NCBI GenBank assembly: GCA_040285855.1
Contig: JAUFOQ010000016.1
Location: 930,001-994,000, forward strand
Length of the DNA stretch: 64,000 bases
From: Eukaryota sp. GEM-RC1
Lineage: Eukaryota
Direction: 5' to 3'
Position numbers and translations under genes: made by a program. Positions 40,801-53,635 of the stretch are shown piece by piece; positions within the stretch are counted from its first letter, which is position 1; every line of letters starts with the position of its first letter. The notes under the pieces were generated by a model. The model saw only the letters and a program-made list of their open reading frames with translations, was not told the origin of the DNA and did no database searches.

Positions 40801-43800
40801 CCACTTGGTGTTTTCTTGCTTTCAGTTGATTTCAAAAGCACGTAACTGCCGTATTGCATTTGTTAATGAAGGAAAAGACACTTTTTATCAATTGTTTCGT
40901 GTTGTTGGTCAAAATCATGTCAAAGACAACAATATTATTCCGTTTATTGTTTCTGGTCAAACAGGTTCCGGGAAATCTGTCTTAACTGGTGTTGTTGTGG
41001 TTATGGTTACTTTGAAACCAATCATTGTGTGTCAACCTAGAGTTCTACCAGCCACAAAACTCTCCGATTTTATCAATGATTTATGTCATAGTGATTTTCC
41101 TCTGTCTGGATACCGAACAGGCAACAAGAATACGAACATTCCAGTACATTCACCAAGATTTATCGAAGTTCAAACCGCTGCCTTCACTTCTAAATTTCTG
41201 ACAAATAATAGCAATCTGTCTCGATTTGCAACTATCATGGTGGATGAAGTTCATGAAAGAAAATGTGACATTGACATTTTATTAGCACAAATGAGAATAA
41301 TTTCCCAAACTGATTCAAAATTGAGAGTGGTAATCTGTTCGGCAACTATGGACAAACCTAATCCTTGTTTTAATTACCTTACACAAGGAAATTATTTAGA
41401 TACCGAACCCTCCTATACTATCCATGCAGCTGGAAGAACCAATCCACTGATTGTCCTTGATGTGAATTTTGTTCGTCAAAATGAATTTCATTATAGTCCC
41501 TTAATATCAAAACTTGTGATAACTCCGATTTTTGAACCTACACTTCAACAGGTTTTCAACGATCATTTTATTGATATTTACACTTATTTTGTCTTCAATG
41601 TGAACTCATACTACGACTATTTCACTCAACACTGTAATCCTCTTTCATATAAAAGTATCAATTTCAGAGCGTTAGCCCGACTATGTCTCTGTTATTACTC
41701 CCTGTCTCAGAAACTTTTTCAGTTTGAACCAGAATGTACAGGATTTACTTTGCTCGTGTTTCTTCCTGGAAGTCCAGAAATTACAACTCTCAGTAATATT
41801 ATTGAGAATGAGTATGAGAGTCAGAAAAAAGTGGATCTGGTGGTCTATACATCCCAGCTTCTTCTGAGAAGCCAGGTGTGTATCCGTTGTATTCAAGTCT
41901 GGATTCAGTCCAACAAGATGCAGCTGTGGCTAAACCAGCGAAAAAACAATTTAAAATTGTCATTGCTACCAATATAGCAGAATCTTCCTTGACTATTGAT
42001 GGGGTCAAATTTGTCATTGACTGTGGTTTGTCAAAGCAAACTGATGCAGATGACCTTCTCGACACTCATCATTGCTCCATTGCTTCTTTGGACCAGCGCT
42101 CTGGTCGTGCTGGAAGAAATTCTCCTGGACTTTCGTTACGTCTTGTGCAGACAAACTTATATCCGAATGGAACTTCGAGATTGCATTTCGACGAACCAGA
42201 AATTCTAAATTGTTCGTTGATTGAGCCATTGTTAACAATCAAACAGATCGCTGAAAATCCTCAATTTTTAATCAGTAATCGTCCAAATCCCCCTGAATTT
42301 TTTATCAGTCAACTGCCTGATGTTCCTTCTAGCGAGAACATCATGTCTTCGGTTGATGTTCTTTTCCGCACTAATGTTCTTTCAAAAAACCAACTAAATT
42401 CTCCCCTTACTTATCTCGGAAAGATTTGCACCAATGCCAATATTTCATTCTACAACTTCAAGTTTTTATTTTTCTGTTTAACAAACAATTACCTGTGTCC
42501 TGGATTGATTCGTCTTGCGGGTATCAATTCTATGTCGTTCATTCGTTGCTCTCGTACAACTTTTATGTCATTTTACGATTTGTATACCTTTTCACAATCG
42601 ATTCCTTTACTCAAACAACTCTCTACTATTGAAGAATCTAAAGTTGTACGTTCAGACATGTTTTTCAAATTATCCTTGGTTCATTACATTTTATGTGGCG
42701 AATTTATTAAAAATCTGGATATTGTCCCAACACGTGATCAAACCCTTAATGATCAAGCCCTTAAGAATTTATCTAAATTAGTTTTTTTGGAAAAAACTAG
42801 AGCGATATTTAAATGAACTAAGATCTTTAGTTTCACGTTTCGTGGATATGGAAGATTCTAATACTCATCTCAAAAATCAATTAATATCATTGGAAGGCAT
42901 TGCTCTAAAACTTGTCAATTTCATATCAAATCCTTCTGAAGTTACACTCAATAAGTTTCGAAATGAATCAACAATCTTCTCTTCTCTTTTTGAATCTCCA
43001 AATTAAACGACGTCTCTCTTTCAAGCCATTGTGGCTTCTTATCCCAATAAGTCATTCCATTCAACTGTAGTAGACAATTCATTCTCAGTTAGGTTGAAGT
43101 TGGAAGGTTATGTCAATGGAAAAAATTTAACAGCTTTATAAAGAAATTGTTTGATGAACAAAAAATTGTCAAATCTTCCAAATCTCTAAAAGTTAATGAC
43201 AGTGATGATGACAGTACTCGTTCAGAGACATTATGTTCAAAAGTTAAAATTACTTCAGATCTAGCTCCAGGTGAAACCGAAAGCACTGTTGTTATGTTGC
43301 ATTCAGAGAATACAACTGAAATTGAAAATCTACTGTTTGTCAACAAGTGCCGTGGAACTCTTTATTCATTAAAAAATTTTTCTCTTACGTTCCATCTTGA
43401 TTGGTATAGATTCATTATCAAATCACGATTCAATTTATCAATGGCATTGAAAGTTGTCAATGACCCAGAATTTTGGAACATGTACAACCAATTGTTACAG
43501 TGGGGTAATATCGTACATTTGCATATACCAAGAAATTCTATTAAATTAACTTTCGACATTATGTCAAGTCCTTGTAGTGATTTGACTCAATACACTCGTA
43601 TTGATAATGAGTGGTCCAAGGAAGTTAAATGTGCCAAATCACTGTTCCCTGTACCTACAGATCTAGGTTATCATAATGGTATTTCTGTTGGTGATAAGTT
43701 TCCACAATTCTTGTCTCATATTCCTTCTTCTTTTCAATACTTGTTCATCGTATGGCTCATGAACTTCAATATCAATTTGGTTTCGGAAATGGCAAAGCCA

Positions 43801-46031
43801 TCTATCAAGGTTGGTACACCAATGCATTGTCAAGATTCGAGGTTCAAACAATTAATTGCATACAGTAATGAGCTGGATATTCATGGATCTTTTGAGGTAA
43901 AACGTGTCTGGAATGTTTACTGGCCTTATCATGAGTTACCAATCGAATCCACCTTTGGATGTATCAATCGATTACGTATTTTGGTATATTTAACGGAACA
44001 AGGTGAGGTTCCCATAACTGTGTTGAAATCGTGGTATGACAACATTATTATTCTTGATTTCAACTTACTGAAAAGTAACAGTCCACCAGTTACCGTGGAT
44101 TATGTGAATGGAAGGAAACATCATTTCCAGTTACTAAATTTCCAAGTCAATGATGAACAGGACCTGTTGATGTGCTTTGATCCTGCGTGTCCTTTATGTG
44201 CATCATCATGTACTACACTTAATGAAGTAGTAAATTCTGAAATTACCTTAGCCCAACACAAGGTTGAAGAACCTATGATCCCCGAAAACGCTGACCTTCC
44301 TGAACCCATGATTAGTGAAACTACTGCATTGCCCCAGTCACCAGTAGCTACAAGTACTTTGGATTTGTCATCTTGGACTAAGTCGTATTGTACTGCCTCT
44401 TCTCATACTGCTAAATATTTAGGACAAAATGTTCAAATCTTAAATTTTACACGTGAAGAAATGAGAACTTTCTATGTTGTTTTTTCATTTGAATCAAAAA
44501 TTGCCATTGGAACGTTGAATATAGACAACGACGTTGTCGAAACTCTCCATACAGAATTTTTTTCTGCTATTACTCCTACTCCTACTCCTGTGTTGAATGT
44601 TACATTACGATTTGTAGTCTACAACATTGATAAAGAACTCCGAAGGTTCAGTCGCAGTATTGATGATGATAGACCACAGTGTAAACCATTTGACAATCAA
44701 TTGACTATGTTTGCACTTCATCATCAATTGCTTTACCAGGCCATACTGATTGCTTTTGAAGGGCCCATATTTATGATTCAATACAAGCCAAAAACAGACA
44801 AACGAAAGACTATTCGACAAGTATTACCGTTGCCGTTGGCCAGAGACAGTTTTGATTCTCAATGTATTGACATGGCTGCTGCAAAAATTGTTTTGTTGTC
44901 GCAACGAAGACTCTGTTGTTGATCATTTTTGTGCAGGAAGATGAAAAAATTGTGTTAATTGTTCAGAATTATCAACATTAATGGATTTAAACATGTCTGA
45001 AATTGATCGTGACGAAGAATTCAAAAGTTTGAAGTGCTATGACGATTTCGTTCTAGTTGTCGGCACTTGTTCCATCCGAAAGTTAGACTTGTATGAAAGG
45101 GAGCTGCTTGGTGAACAACCTGTATGGGAATTTTGCTCCTGTCACAAAGATGACAGAATTATAGATGCAGTGTATGTTAAGCATTATGACACAATAATGT
45201 ACATCACGGAATTTGGGTTCTGTGTTGGTTTCGGTTTGAAACTACCAAAGAAACAGATTCAATTTATTATTGATTGTTCAAGTGGTGAGTTAACAGGTCA
45301 ACTGTTAAAAATCGATTTTTGCAATGATTTAAATTCTTTCATTGTTCTGAAAAGGATGGAACACTGTTAATGCTTTCAGCATTATCTGTGATTGGTATTT
45401 CTGGTGTACCATTAGAAGTTCATGATGTTCGCTCTTGTGATTCAAAAAATATTTACGAACAACGAAGTCTTGAACTACATGCTTTAACTGTTCAATCGAC
45501 TCAACAAGTTCAACAAGTTGAGATTCCTGTTGTTGAAGAAAGTGCTCATCCCATCGACATTGATACGACGAAAAGACTTCAGTTTCTTTCATCTAGATGG
45601 AGTGTTGATGAAAAAATCAACAAGGTGAAGCATTTGTTGACTATATTTGAGTTACAAAAGTTGTAATTACAACTGATTCAGTTGAAAAAGTAAGGAAACT
45701 TTCAAGGCTTGTTTCTGAGGTTGCTTTTAAAGTTGTGACACTAGAGGGTGGAAAACCACGAAAGATTACATCAAGTCTGAAAATATTCGATGAACAGACT
45801 GATCCTGTTTTATTGATCAGTACTACTCAATTAGCGGTTAACCATTCTGTTCGGGCTGATCTTTGTATAATCTTTGATCTGCCAAATGATGCCAGACATG
45901 TTTACAATTTGTATGAACATAATCAAAAAATCGTTGTCTTTTACGATTCTATCCGTGATAAGGACAAAAAGCAAAATTTGGAAAAACACTTCTTTAGACC
46001 CTCAGGATTGCAAGCACTTGATTTTATATAG
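37889..46031 (+). CDS. Very large polyprotein: repeat leader, 2A, CCHC knuckle, DEAH/RHA helicase and a long unknown C-terminal region (probably one ORF broken by indels)
   Basis: CLFCLLPGHSYNEC; GQTGSGKS, QPRVLPA, DEVHER, SATM, FLPG, ATNIAESSLTIDGV and QRSGRAGR. Abutting ORFs continue to 46031. The last one (LLISTTQLA...IIFDLP) resembles a degenerate helicase C-domain. Confidence 0.75.
37921..38919 (+). repeat. Seven near-identical tandem 141-bp units, each containing a long stem-loop; in frame (47 aa)
   Basis: Units start at 37921, 38062, 38203, 38344, 38485, 38626 and 38767, with a partial unit at 38908. Confidence 0.97.
38921..38971 (+). other. 2A/StopGo ribosomal-skip peptide WKRDLSIDGDVEQNPG|P
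   Basis: Exact match to D(V/I)ExNPGP, preceded by DL..DG. Confidence 0.9.
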
Positions 46032-46534
46032 TCTTTCAATAATTCATTGATGTTTTTTTATTATGTAGAACAATATAATAATTATAAGTCTTTATTACAA
46101 TTTTTCTTTATTTATCAATCAACGAAGAAGTTGATTGATTGGGTTTATCTGGTCTAAATTTATAATTTATACCATGATTTTTCACATAAACTATGCTACC
46201 ACATCTACACTGAATATGTAACAAATTGGTCTGGTTTTATATGTCACATTTTCTGACATACTAAATCTGTAACAAATTTCTGTCAGATTTCAGGTGGATG
46301 AAATTCACGGATTGTTCTGTGTGTAATAACTATGTACCAAAACATTGGTATTCAGACTACGTCTGACACATTTCATTGAACATTGTAATATTGTACAAAT
46401 ATTGTTTATTTGATGTGTTATTCTTATATGTTATACAAAATTATAAATACATCTATATTGTACTATTTATTCTCTATCACTATCAATTCATTTTTTTAAA
46501 GTCTTTTTGATTCCAAAAGCACTTGCAGTTGTTT

Positions 46535-48012
46535 TCATTCTTCGTTTTCCTGTTTTTTCCCTAAAACTTCATTTTCGTCTTTTGTCTTTAACGATTTGTT
46601 TTCAAATTTTGTTCTTGAACAATCAATTACATTTTGTTCTGTCACCAAGTCAGGTTGTACACTCTGAAGTAGATCATACATAACAAGACATAGATTTTTT
46701 CTTGATCTGTTAGTGTATAATTTTGTCTGATTTTGTTCCTGACGTGCATCAACCATTAATCCTTGTAAAATTAAAGTAACATTCAAACAGACAATCCATC
46801 CACAGATAAGAGACGATGTTGACTGTGCAAAAGGTATATAGTAGTCCACCTTATACTCTGGTAATCTTGCAAACAGATTTGTTTCCCCACATCCATAAAC
46901 AGTTCTAAAAGGATTAACGATTAATTCAGTGGTTAATGAATAATCCAAAGAATCATAAATATTGAATAGTAAAACATTTGCTTCATTTAGAAACAATTCA
47001 ATAAGAATCCAATGACCAGATCCTGCATCACCAGGAACATGTTCTTTCACCAAACATAATGGGGCAAGAATTCTTTTCCTGATTTTAGTGTATCGACAAT
47101 AGCCTTACCAGAATGTAAGGCATAGCATATTGGATCACCAACCAACTGTTGAGTTTCTTGAGATTGCAGGAACTTGTACCTACTTGATTTAAATTTTTGG
47201 AATGCAAGCATCACAATGAAATCAAGTTCAGAACTCAACAAGAGTTGTGTTTTACCTTCCCTATCATCCTTTGTCAACATTTTTTCAATATCACAAAATC
47301 CAGATTTTAATTTTGAATTTATGTAAAACTGATCACTGATTAAATCTACAGAAAGAATCAACGGGTTACGTTGTTTTTTGCGTTTCATAGGTTTAGATAA
47401 ATTAGCATTATCAATGACCGGAACAGGAACTATTTCAGATGGTTCAGAGAAAATAGAATGAATATGATTGATTGCGAAGTTATCAATACGACGTTTTGGT
47501 GAAGGAAAAACGACTTGAGATGGAGTATCGTTAATGCGAGTATTGTCACAAGCATGTAAAAGAGTAGGAGACTGAGGCTGAGGAGGAGGAGGGGAACGAG
47601 CAATTGTAACTCGTTTAACGTCTTTGAGTAGATCCTTAAGATGATTTAGAGTTGAAGTTGTTGATTGAAGTGGAAGAGATATGTCACGCTTCTCATAAGA
47701 ACCATCAAAAGGAAAGAGATGAACAGTTTCTAGATCAACATCTAGCACAATGGCAACGGCTGCTTTGTAGTTGAGGCAAAAATCCATGGTACCCTTTTTA
47801 AGATCATCTGGTAAGTCAGATGTTGACACTTCCGTTATGTGGATGGATTTAGTTCTCCATGAATTGTATGTTCCATAAGGAAGAAGAACAAGTGACAAAT
47901 TAACTGCATGCTTATCAGCAAGCTTTACAACAAGTTTCATATATGTTTTGATGGTACGGGAACGACTTTCTTGTTCAGAAGTATTTCTGAGTTTGAAAAT
48001 TGAGTAGGACAT
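46535..48012 (-). CDS. Ulp1/C48-like SUMO/Ubl protease (frameshift near 47055)
   Basis: GHWILIEL...YDSL...QSTSSLICGWIV gives the H-D-Q-C catalytic order. Confidence 0.65.
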
Positions 48013-48159
48013 GGGAAATTCTGGTATAGACTTTATTACAGATTTCGTTTTTTAACACGTGAATTCCCACACACATGTCCATTACAGTCTGTGTGGGATT
48101 TCATTTTCCTTCCTCCTACAGTATAAATGTCGTTTGTTCTGCATCCAAACAGATGTTGT

Positions 48160-48535
48160 CCGCCATTCTGTCCTTATCTGACTCAACTTGTGACTGTTTC
48201 CATTGCACGGTTTCGGGCTCAGTTGAGTTTAGATAAGGACAGTTCTTTCCCTCCACTGCCTCCGCTTCTGTTGCTTCTCCCTCTACTGCCGTTGCTTTCC
48301 CCACTTCTGTTGCTTCGATAATGCCGCCATTCTGTCCTTATCTGACTCAACTTGTGACTGTTTCCATTGCACGGTTTCGGGCTCAGTTGAGTTTAGATAA
48401 GGACAGTTCTTTCCCTCCACTGCCTCCGCTTCTGTTGCTTCGATAATGCCGCCATTCTGTCCTTATCTGACTCAACTTGTGACTGACTCCATTGCACGGT
48501 TTCGGGCTCAGTTGAGTTTAGAAAAGGACAGTTCA
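48160..48535 (+). repeat. Three tandem copies of stem-loop motif type B
   Basis: Copies at 48160, 48324 and 48449: CTGTCCTTATCTGACTCAACT ... ACTG(TT/AC)TCCATTGCACGGTTTCGGG ... AGTTGAGTTTAGATAAGGACAG. Confidence 0.92.
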
Positions 48536-49756
48536 TTCTGTGTTTTATCAACACATACATTTATTGCCATGAAGTACTCGTCTCCCCTGTTTATCCCTTC
48601 CCATCCTCCGTTCCCAAAAGACCTCACCGCTGATGGTGATATTGAATCCAATCCAGGACCCGTAACTCAAGAAGCCATAAACTCAGTTTATCCTAATCAA
48701 TGGGTTGATGACGAAGCGATAGTGGAGTACTGTAAAGTGATATTTCAAGAAGCAGGGTTAGACTTTGAAAGCATGTTTATCCATCCGACCACATGGCTTC
48801 AATACATTGTTTCACCAGATGTCCCGCTAGATCAATGGTTGTTGACGAAAATTGAGAAAAATCAAATCACAAACTCCAAATATCTCTTTGTTCCCCTTAG
48901 TGATACCATGACTAGAAATACTAATTATTCCAGAGAAGGTGTCACTGGTTCTCATTGGGGTTTAGCCATTATAGACTGTTGTGAAAAGGAATGGATCTTC
49001 ATTGATCCAATGTTAACTACCGTCGATATGAGTAAGTCTATGGTAAAATCAGCTGTAGACATATTATCCGAAGTACTTGTGCCATGGGGGTATGTTTTCC
49101 GTTATGTACCTGTGACTAAAAGTCAGTCTGCTAACGACTGTGGAGTTTATGTCATTGCGTATATTCAAAAATATGTTGAACTTTTTAAAAGACTCATGTA
49201 TGTTCCGTCTCTGATGTATATGGAGTCTGATTTGGTCCAAGTGAACATTGAACTTCAAGCAGACATATTTCGTGAAGAAATTCTGGAGGTCTTGTCTCAA
49301 CAAAGGACACTTTATCTACAACAACGTCAAACCACAGTAGCTCCTATTGTACCATCGTTACCCATTCAACCTCCTGCCGGTAAAGAACATCCAACCACTT
49401 CAATTCCTCTCACAGGTTCACGTCTTGCTAGTACTAAAACATCTACTGGTTTAAGCACTAAAAAAAGGAAAGCCAAAATTTCAGATGTTCCATCACCACG
49501 AGGTTCACCTTTAATTCAACGAAATAAATTTAGAACTACCAGCTCCCTTGTTTCAACTGGTGACACTCCAATACGAAAGACCCACCGCCGTATGTCCACA
49601 TTGGAATCATCGGAATTACCACAATCTGAACTATCATCACCATCTGAACTATCATCACCATCTGAACTACCACCATCTGAACTACCACCAAAATCACAGG
49701 CCTCCATTATGTCGTATCCATCGCCAATTCAAGAAGAAATCCAAAAATGGAAGTAA
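48446..49756 (+). CDS. 2A followed by a Ulp1/SENP (C48) protease domain and a Ser/Pro-rich linker
   Basis: WVDDEAIVEY, LFVPL, SHWGL, IDPM and QSANDCGVYV. Confidence 0.85.
   Translation: MPPFCPYLTQLVTDSIARFRAQLSLEKDSSFCVLSTHTFIAMKYSSPLFIPSHPPFPKDLTADGDIESNPGPVTQEAINSVYPNQWVDDEAIVEYCKVIFQEAGLDFESMFIHPTTWLQYIVSPDVPLDQWLLTKIEKNQITNSKYLFVPLSDTMTRNTNYSREGVTGSHWGLAIIDCCEKEWIFIDPMLTTVDMSKSMVKSAVDILSEVLVPWGYVFRYVPVTKSQSANDCGVYVIAYIQKYVELFKRLMYVPSLMYMESDLVQVNIELQADIFREEILEVLSQQRTLYLQQRQTTVAPIVPSLPIQPPAGKEHPTTSIPLTGSRLASTKTSTGLSTKKRKAKISDVPSPRGSPLIQRNKFRTTSSLVSTGDTPIRKTHRRMSTLESSELPQSELSSPSELSSPSELPPSELPPKSQASIMSYPSPIQEEIQKWK
48620..48661 (+). other. 2A/StopGo peptide DLTADGDIESNPG|P
   Basis: Exact D(V/I)ExNPGP consensus. 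Confidence 0.9.
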
Positions 49757-50751
49757 ATCTACACACTGAGCCTATAGAAGAAGAAATACAAATTCAAGAC
49801 TTTCTTAAATCCCCTTTACTTTGGAACAATCTGCCAACTTTTTGTTTAATTCATGTTCAAAGTGATTTTGCCAGTTCAGAAAGAATTAATGGCAAAAATG
49901 TTCAACTTGTTCAAGATGATGATGACATTGAAACTGTTGAAGGTGAAGCTGAAGATCAATTAGAAGTTAAACGTGATTCTTCTGTTGATCCGATTGTATC
50001 AATTTCCATCCAGATCATTGATCACAATGAATTCAATGAAAAGCATTTATTTTCTCATGGTAATTTTGATACTACAAACTTGGATTTGTGTACTTTACAT
50101 ATTTCAGATAGTGAATCCAGTATGCTTAAAAACTTCATTTCCTTCATTACTCAACATTGTCCGCGATTGTTTGTGAGTTATGACTTTCACTTAGATACAT
50201 TTCCCTTTCTTGTATCACGTTGTCAAGTCCTCAAAATCAATACAACGTTTACTTTTCCAGAATTTAAACCCTATATTCCCTTTTGGTTCAACAAATGGTG
50301 TAAGGAAACAACTTTTGGTCCGTTTTTTAGTCTCGATTTGAATGCTGTATTGAAGAATTTTTATGTCTTTACTGGTGGCCGTTTTTTGGAAAATGTTGTT
50401 CAAATTTTTCTTGAAATGAATAATTTTTCTAAAAATGAAACTGTCAAACGCTTGGAAGAACTTGATCATGACTCTGATCCTGATGAAGTTCAATTGGTCA
50501 ATGATGTCCAAAACTTGCATGGCATAATTGACAGTATTAATGTTTTAGTTCCAGACAATCCCAAAGTGAAGGTCGATAAGATTAAAAAGAAATTTGTAAA
50601 AAATTTGGAGAAAGTAAATGAACTTTGGGCCAAGGAATCGACAAGACCGCTATTGTTGATGAACTCAATTCAACAATTACCTCTGATTGAATACTTATTG
50701 GCTGACCTATTGGATCCCAAAAACAAACATTACGTTCAAAGTCACCAATGA
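49747..50751 (+). CDS. Degenerate family-B DNA polymerase 3'-5' exonuclease-like domain
   Basis: SESSMLKNFISFITQHCPRLFVSYDFHLDTFPFLVSRCQVL and LDLNAVLK...LENVVQIFL resemble PolB Exo II and downstream motifs. Catalytic residues appear altered. Confidence 0.5.
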   Translation: MEVNLHTEPIEEEIQIQDFLKSPLLWNNLPTFCLIHVQSDFASSERINGKNVQLVQDDDDIETVEGEAEDQLEVKRDSSVDPIVSISIQIIDHNEFNEKHLFSHGNFDTTNLDLCTLHISDSESSMLKNFISFITQHCPRLFVSYDFHLDTFPFLVSRCQVLKINTTFTFPEFKPYIPFWFNKWCKETTFGPFFSLDLNAVLKNFYVFTGGRFLENVVQIFLEMNNFSKNETVKRLEELDHDSDPDEVQLVNDVQNLHGIIDSINVLVPDNPKVKVDKIKKKFVKNLEKVNELWAKESTRPLLLMNSIQQLPLIEYLLADLLDPKNKHYVQSHQ

Positions 50752-53630
50752 AAGTGGTTAAGAAACGACTAGACAATGTTGTGTCCAAAGCGAAGGTTAA
50801 ATTTATTGAATCTCGTGTTAAGAGAGCTCACCAAGTAAGAGTCCGTAGTACTCTCTTTTTGAAACATTTTTTTGTTCATAATTTTCACCATTCTGGTATT
50901 TTAGGTTACATTCAGAAGTTACTGCCTGCTGCTGTTCCAAATGTAACTGTTAAGGAAGAAATGAATTCTGATACAGATGAGTCAACTGACGAAGAAACAG
51001 ATGTACATTCAGAGTCTATCGATGCTGTTACTCCTCCTATTAAATTAGAAAATATTGAAGATGCGAGTGATGAACCTAAACCTGAACCTGACCTTTGGAC
51101 TAAAATTCAAACTGCCAAAATTGAATTGCCAGACTGGAAGAATTTTTTTACGTTGAAATCAATGGAACAAGTGTTGTCTATGATGACGATTAGGGACAAC
51201 AAACTTGTAAACAATCAGAATCATATTGAGACTGTACAAAAATCGTTAACAAACATAATTTCTAACACAAATGATGGCTCAACTCAAAATCAGTTTGCTC
51301 AACACTTATTGTTTCATTACATTCCTCGTTTAGAACTAGCTGCTGATTCCGTTGGACTTGATAGGATTGTGTTTCCCAGTAGCCATCGTTTATCTCCTAT
51401 ATTGCATTACATGGCTACAGAAATTATTACAAATTACAAGAAAAACATGAGTGAACACTTTCACGAATATGTTTTTCAAGTATTTAATTTGGTTACCCTG
51501 AAAAAGAAAGACTTAACAAGCGTACTGATAAGAATCAACGACAAGAGTTGTGTACAAAGCTTAATGAAGTCAGACAGTTGATCATTAATGGGGAAATTTC
51601 AAAAATTAATTTTCAAGATGTTGAAGTGTTTCCTGATCCCAATTCTAGACTGAGTTTACTATTTTTTAACTATTTGTTTACTTTTTTTGAAGGTAAAATG
51701 GAAAAAACAATCTATTATGCAGAAAAAGTAGATCCTTTGAAATTCTTAAGTCATGCAGTGTATTTGAAACGTCTTGTTGAGGACTCTTGTACTGGAGTTA
51801 CTGCCAACAATCCTTTTCCTCTGACAAAATCATTGATTCCTAATCATATCAGATTGGATACTACATGGTTTAAAAAAGTTTATGCATCAGAAATTAAAGG
51901 TAGCTTTGATGACGTTCGAAAAGATATTTGGCACTCAGTTTTGAAACCAAAGTTTCTTCCAAAGTCATTGTCTCATGACTTCAAATACAGTTCTATTTCT
52001 ACAGATGGAGTTAGCTGTAGTTTAATGATGATGCGGAAAGATCTGCTTGATGGGAGAGGAAATCCTCATAAGAAGGTGAAAGCTGTTGACTACACAGCTA
52101 CTGAAAGGTACATTGATTCTTTGAGTTCCACAGAAATTCAAAACTTAAATTTGAAATCAAAAGAATTGTTGCTATTGATCCTAATCAGCATGATTTGATG
52201 TATTGTGCTTCTTTAAAATCTAAGGAGGAAAAGAAAATCGAAGGTTTCGATACATCAGCCAATCTCAGAAGAAGAAAGATTTGTCCAAAATCGTCAAAGA
52301 AAAAAGGAAGCTTGAAAAAATTAAAAAAGGAATTGAAGGATTGGAAAGACGCACCTACTATTGACAAACCATCAACTGTCAAGTTGAAAAATCGAGACAA
52401 TTGGAAAGTATTCAGATACACTGCTGGGGAACGCAATGCCGATATTAAAAAGTCTCCATGGAAAAGAAAAAAACAAGTAAGGAAAGAAAAAGAGCTAAGA
52501 GGAAGAAGAGGAAGCTGGAGAAGAAAATAAGACGATACAATCTCCACCGTTTATCTGAATCCGAACGGTTACAACAATATTCTACTCAATTTATTCACAT
52601 TCCAGATGGCAGACGCATTGACATAAATGGGCAACAAATTTTAGATCAATGGGGCTCTAACTCGCCAGGTAGTAAATCTTGTGAATTGACTCAGTATTCT
52701 GCTTTTGTTCTTGGTAAAGAAATTGCCTGCTCTTTACTACGATCACCCACTACTGATCAAAAAACTACTGAAGGAATTTACGAAGAAAAGTGGTTTAGAC
52801 GGAATCGTCTCACACAGTATTCAAGAAAGGAACGAAGTGAGAAAAACATGCTTCACAGATTTGCTCTCCAGTTTGGAAACCCAGATGAAGTCGTTGTTGG
52901 GTATGGAGACTGGAACGACACTACTTTTCGTCGAAGAAGAGGTAAAGCATCTACTGTAAAAGGTGCTTCAATTCGGAAATTATTGAGAAAATTTGGATTT
53001 AAAGTGTTCCTAGTTGATGAATTTAAGACCAGCAAATGTTGCTCTGCATGTGTTTCCAGAAACGACGAAGGTATCTGTTCCAATCCTGAAAGGATAAAAG
53101 TCACTGATCCTCATTGGAAGAAGAAGTTACAGAAGGAAGAGAAAAGAATTAAAAAAGGAAATTATGGAACACAATCAATTAGACAATATTGTGGAGCGTA
53201 ACTTTGATGATGAATGGACCAAACAGTTGACATTATCGAAAGAAAGATTGAAGAGCAAAAAGTCTCACCATGGGGCTTAGTTGAATGTGCCAAATGTCAT
53301 GTCCTCTGGAATAGAGACTTCAATTCTGCTATCAATATTTACAATATTGTAAATGGAACCATTCAAGGTCAAGGTAGACCTGCCATCCTCGAGAGACCAA
53401 AATCTCAAACAACACCTGTCGTGGATGGCGGGAATACAGATCAGATTCCTAAGAAAAAGACTGTGAGTAAGGGTAAGGGTAAAGCAAAGCGTCCTCTAAC
53501 AAAAGTCAGAGGTCCTAACAAGTGTGGTATATGTTTTCAACCTGGACATAACAGAGCAACTTGTCCAAATAAGCCTAAGAAAGATGTACCCAAGGACTCA
53601 CATGTAAACCAGAAAGATCAGGAATCTTGA
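50748..53630 (+). CDS. Fanzor: Fanzor (eukaryotic TnpB-like RNA-guided RuvC nuclease, Fanzor1-like) with a C-terminal zinc knuckle; several indels at A-runs
   Basis: ISTDGVSCSL; RuvC-I VAIDPN (D at 52177); VVVGYGDW; RuvC-II LVDEFKTSKCCSAC (E at 53019); CAKC..WNRDFNSAINI (D at 53316); CGICFQPGHNRATC. Confidence 0.9.
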
Positions 53631-53635
53631 ATCTA

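Noticed and set aside
48480..48505. tRNA-Trp (CTGACTCCA anticodon-like loop)
   Set aside because: No D arm, T arm or acceptor stem.
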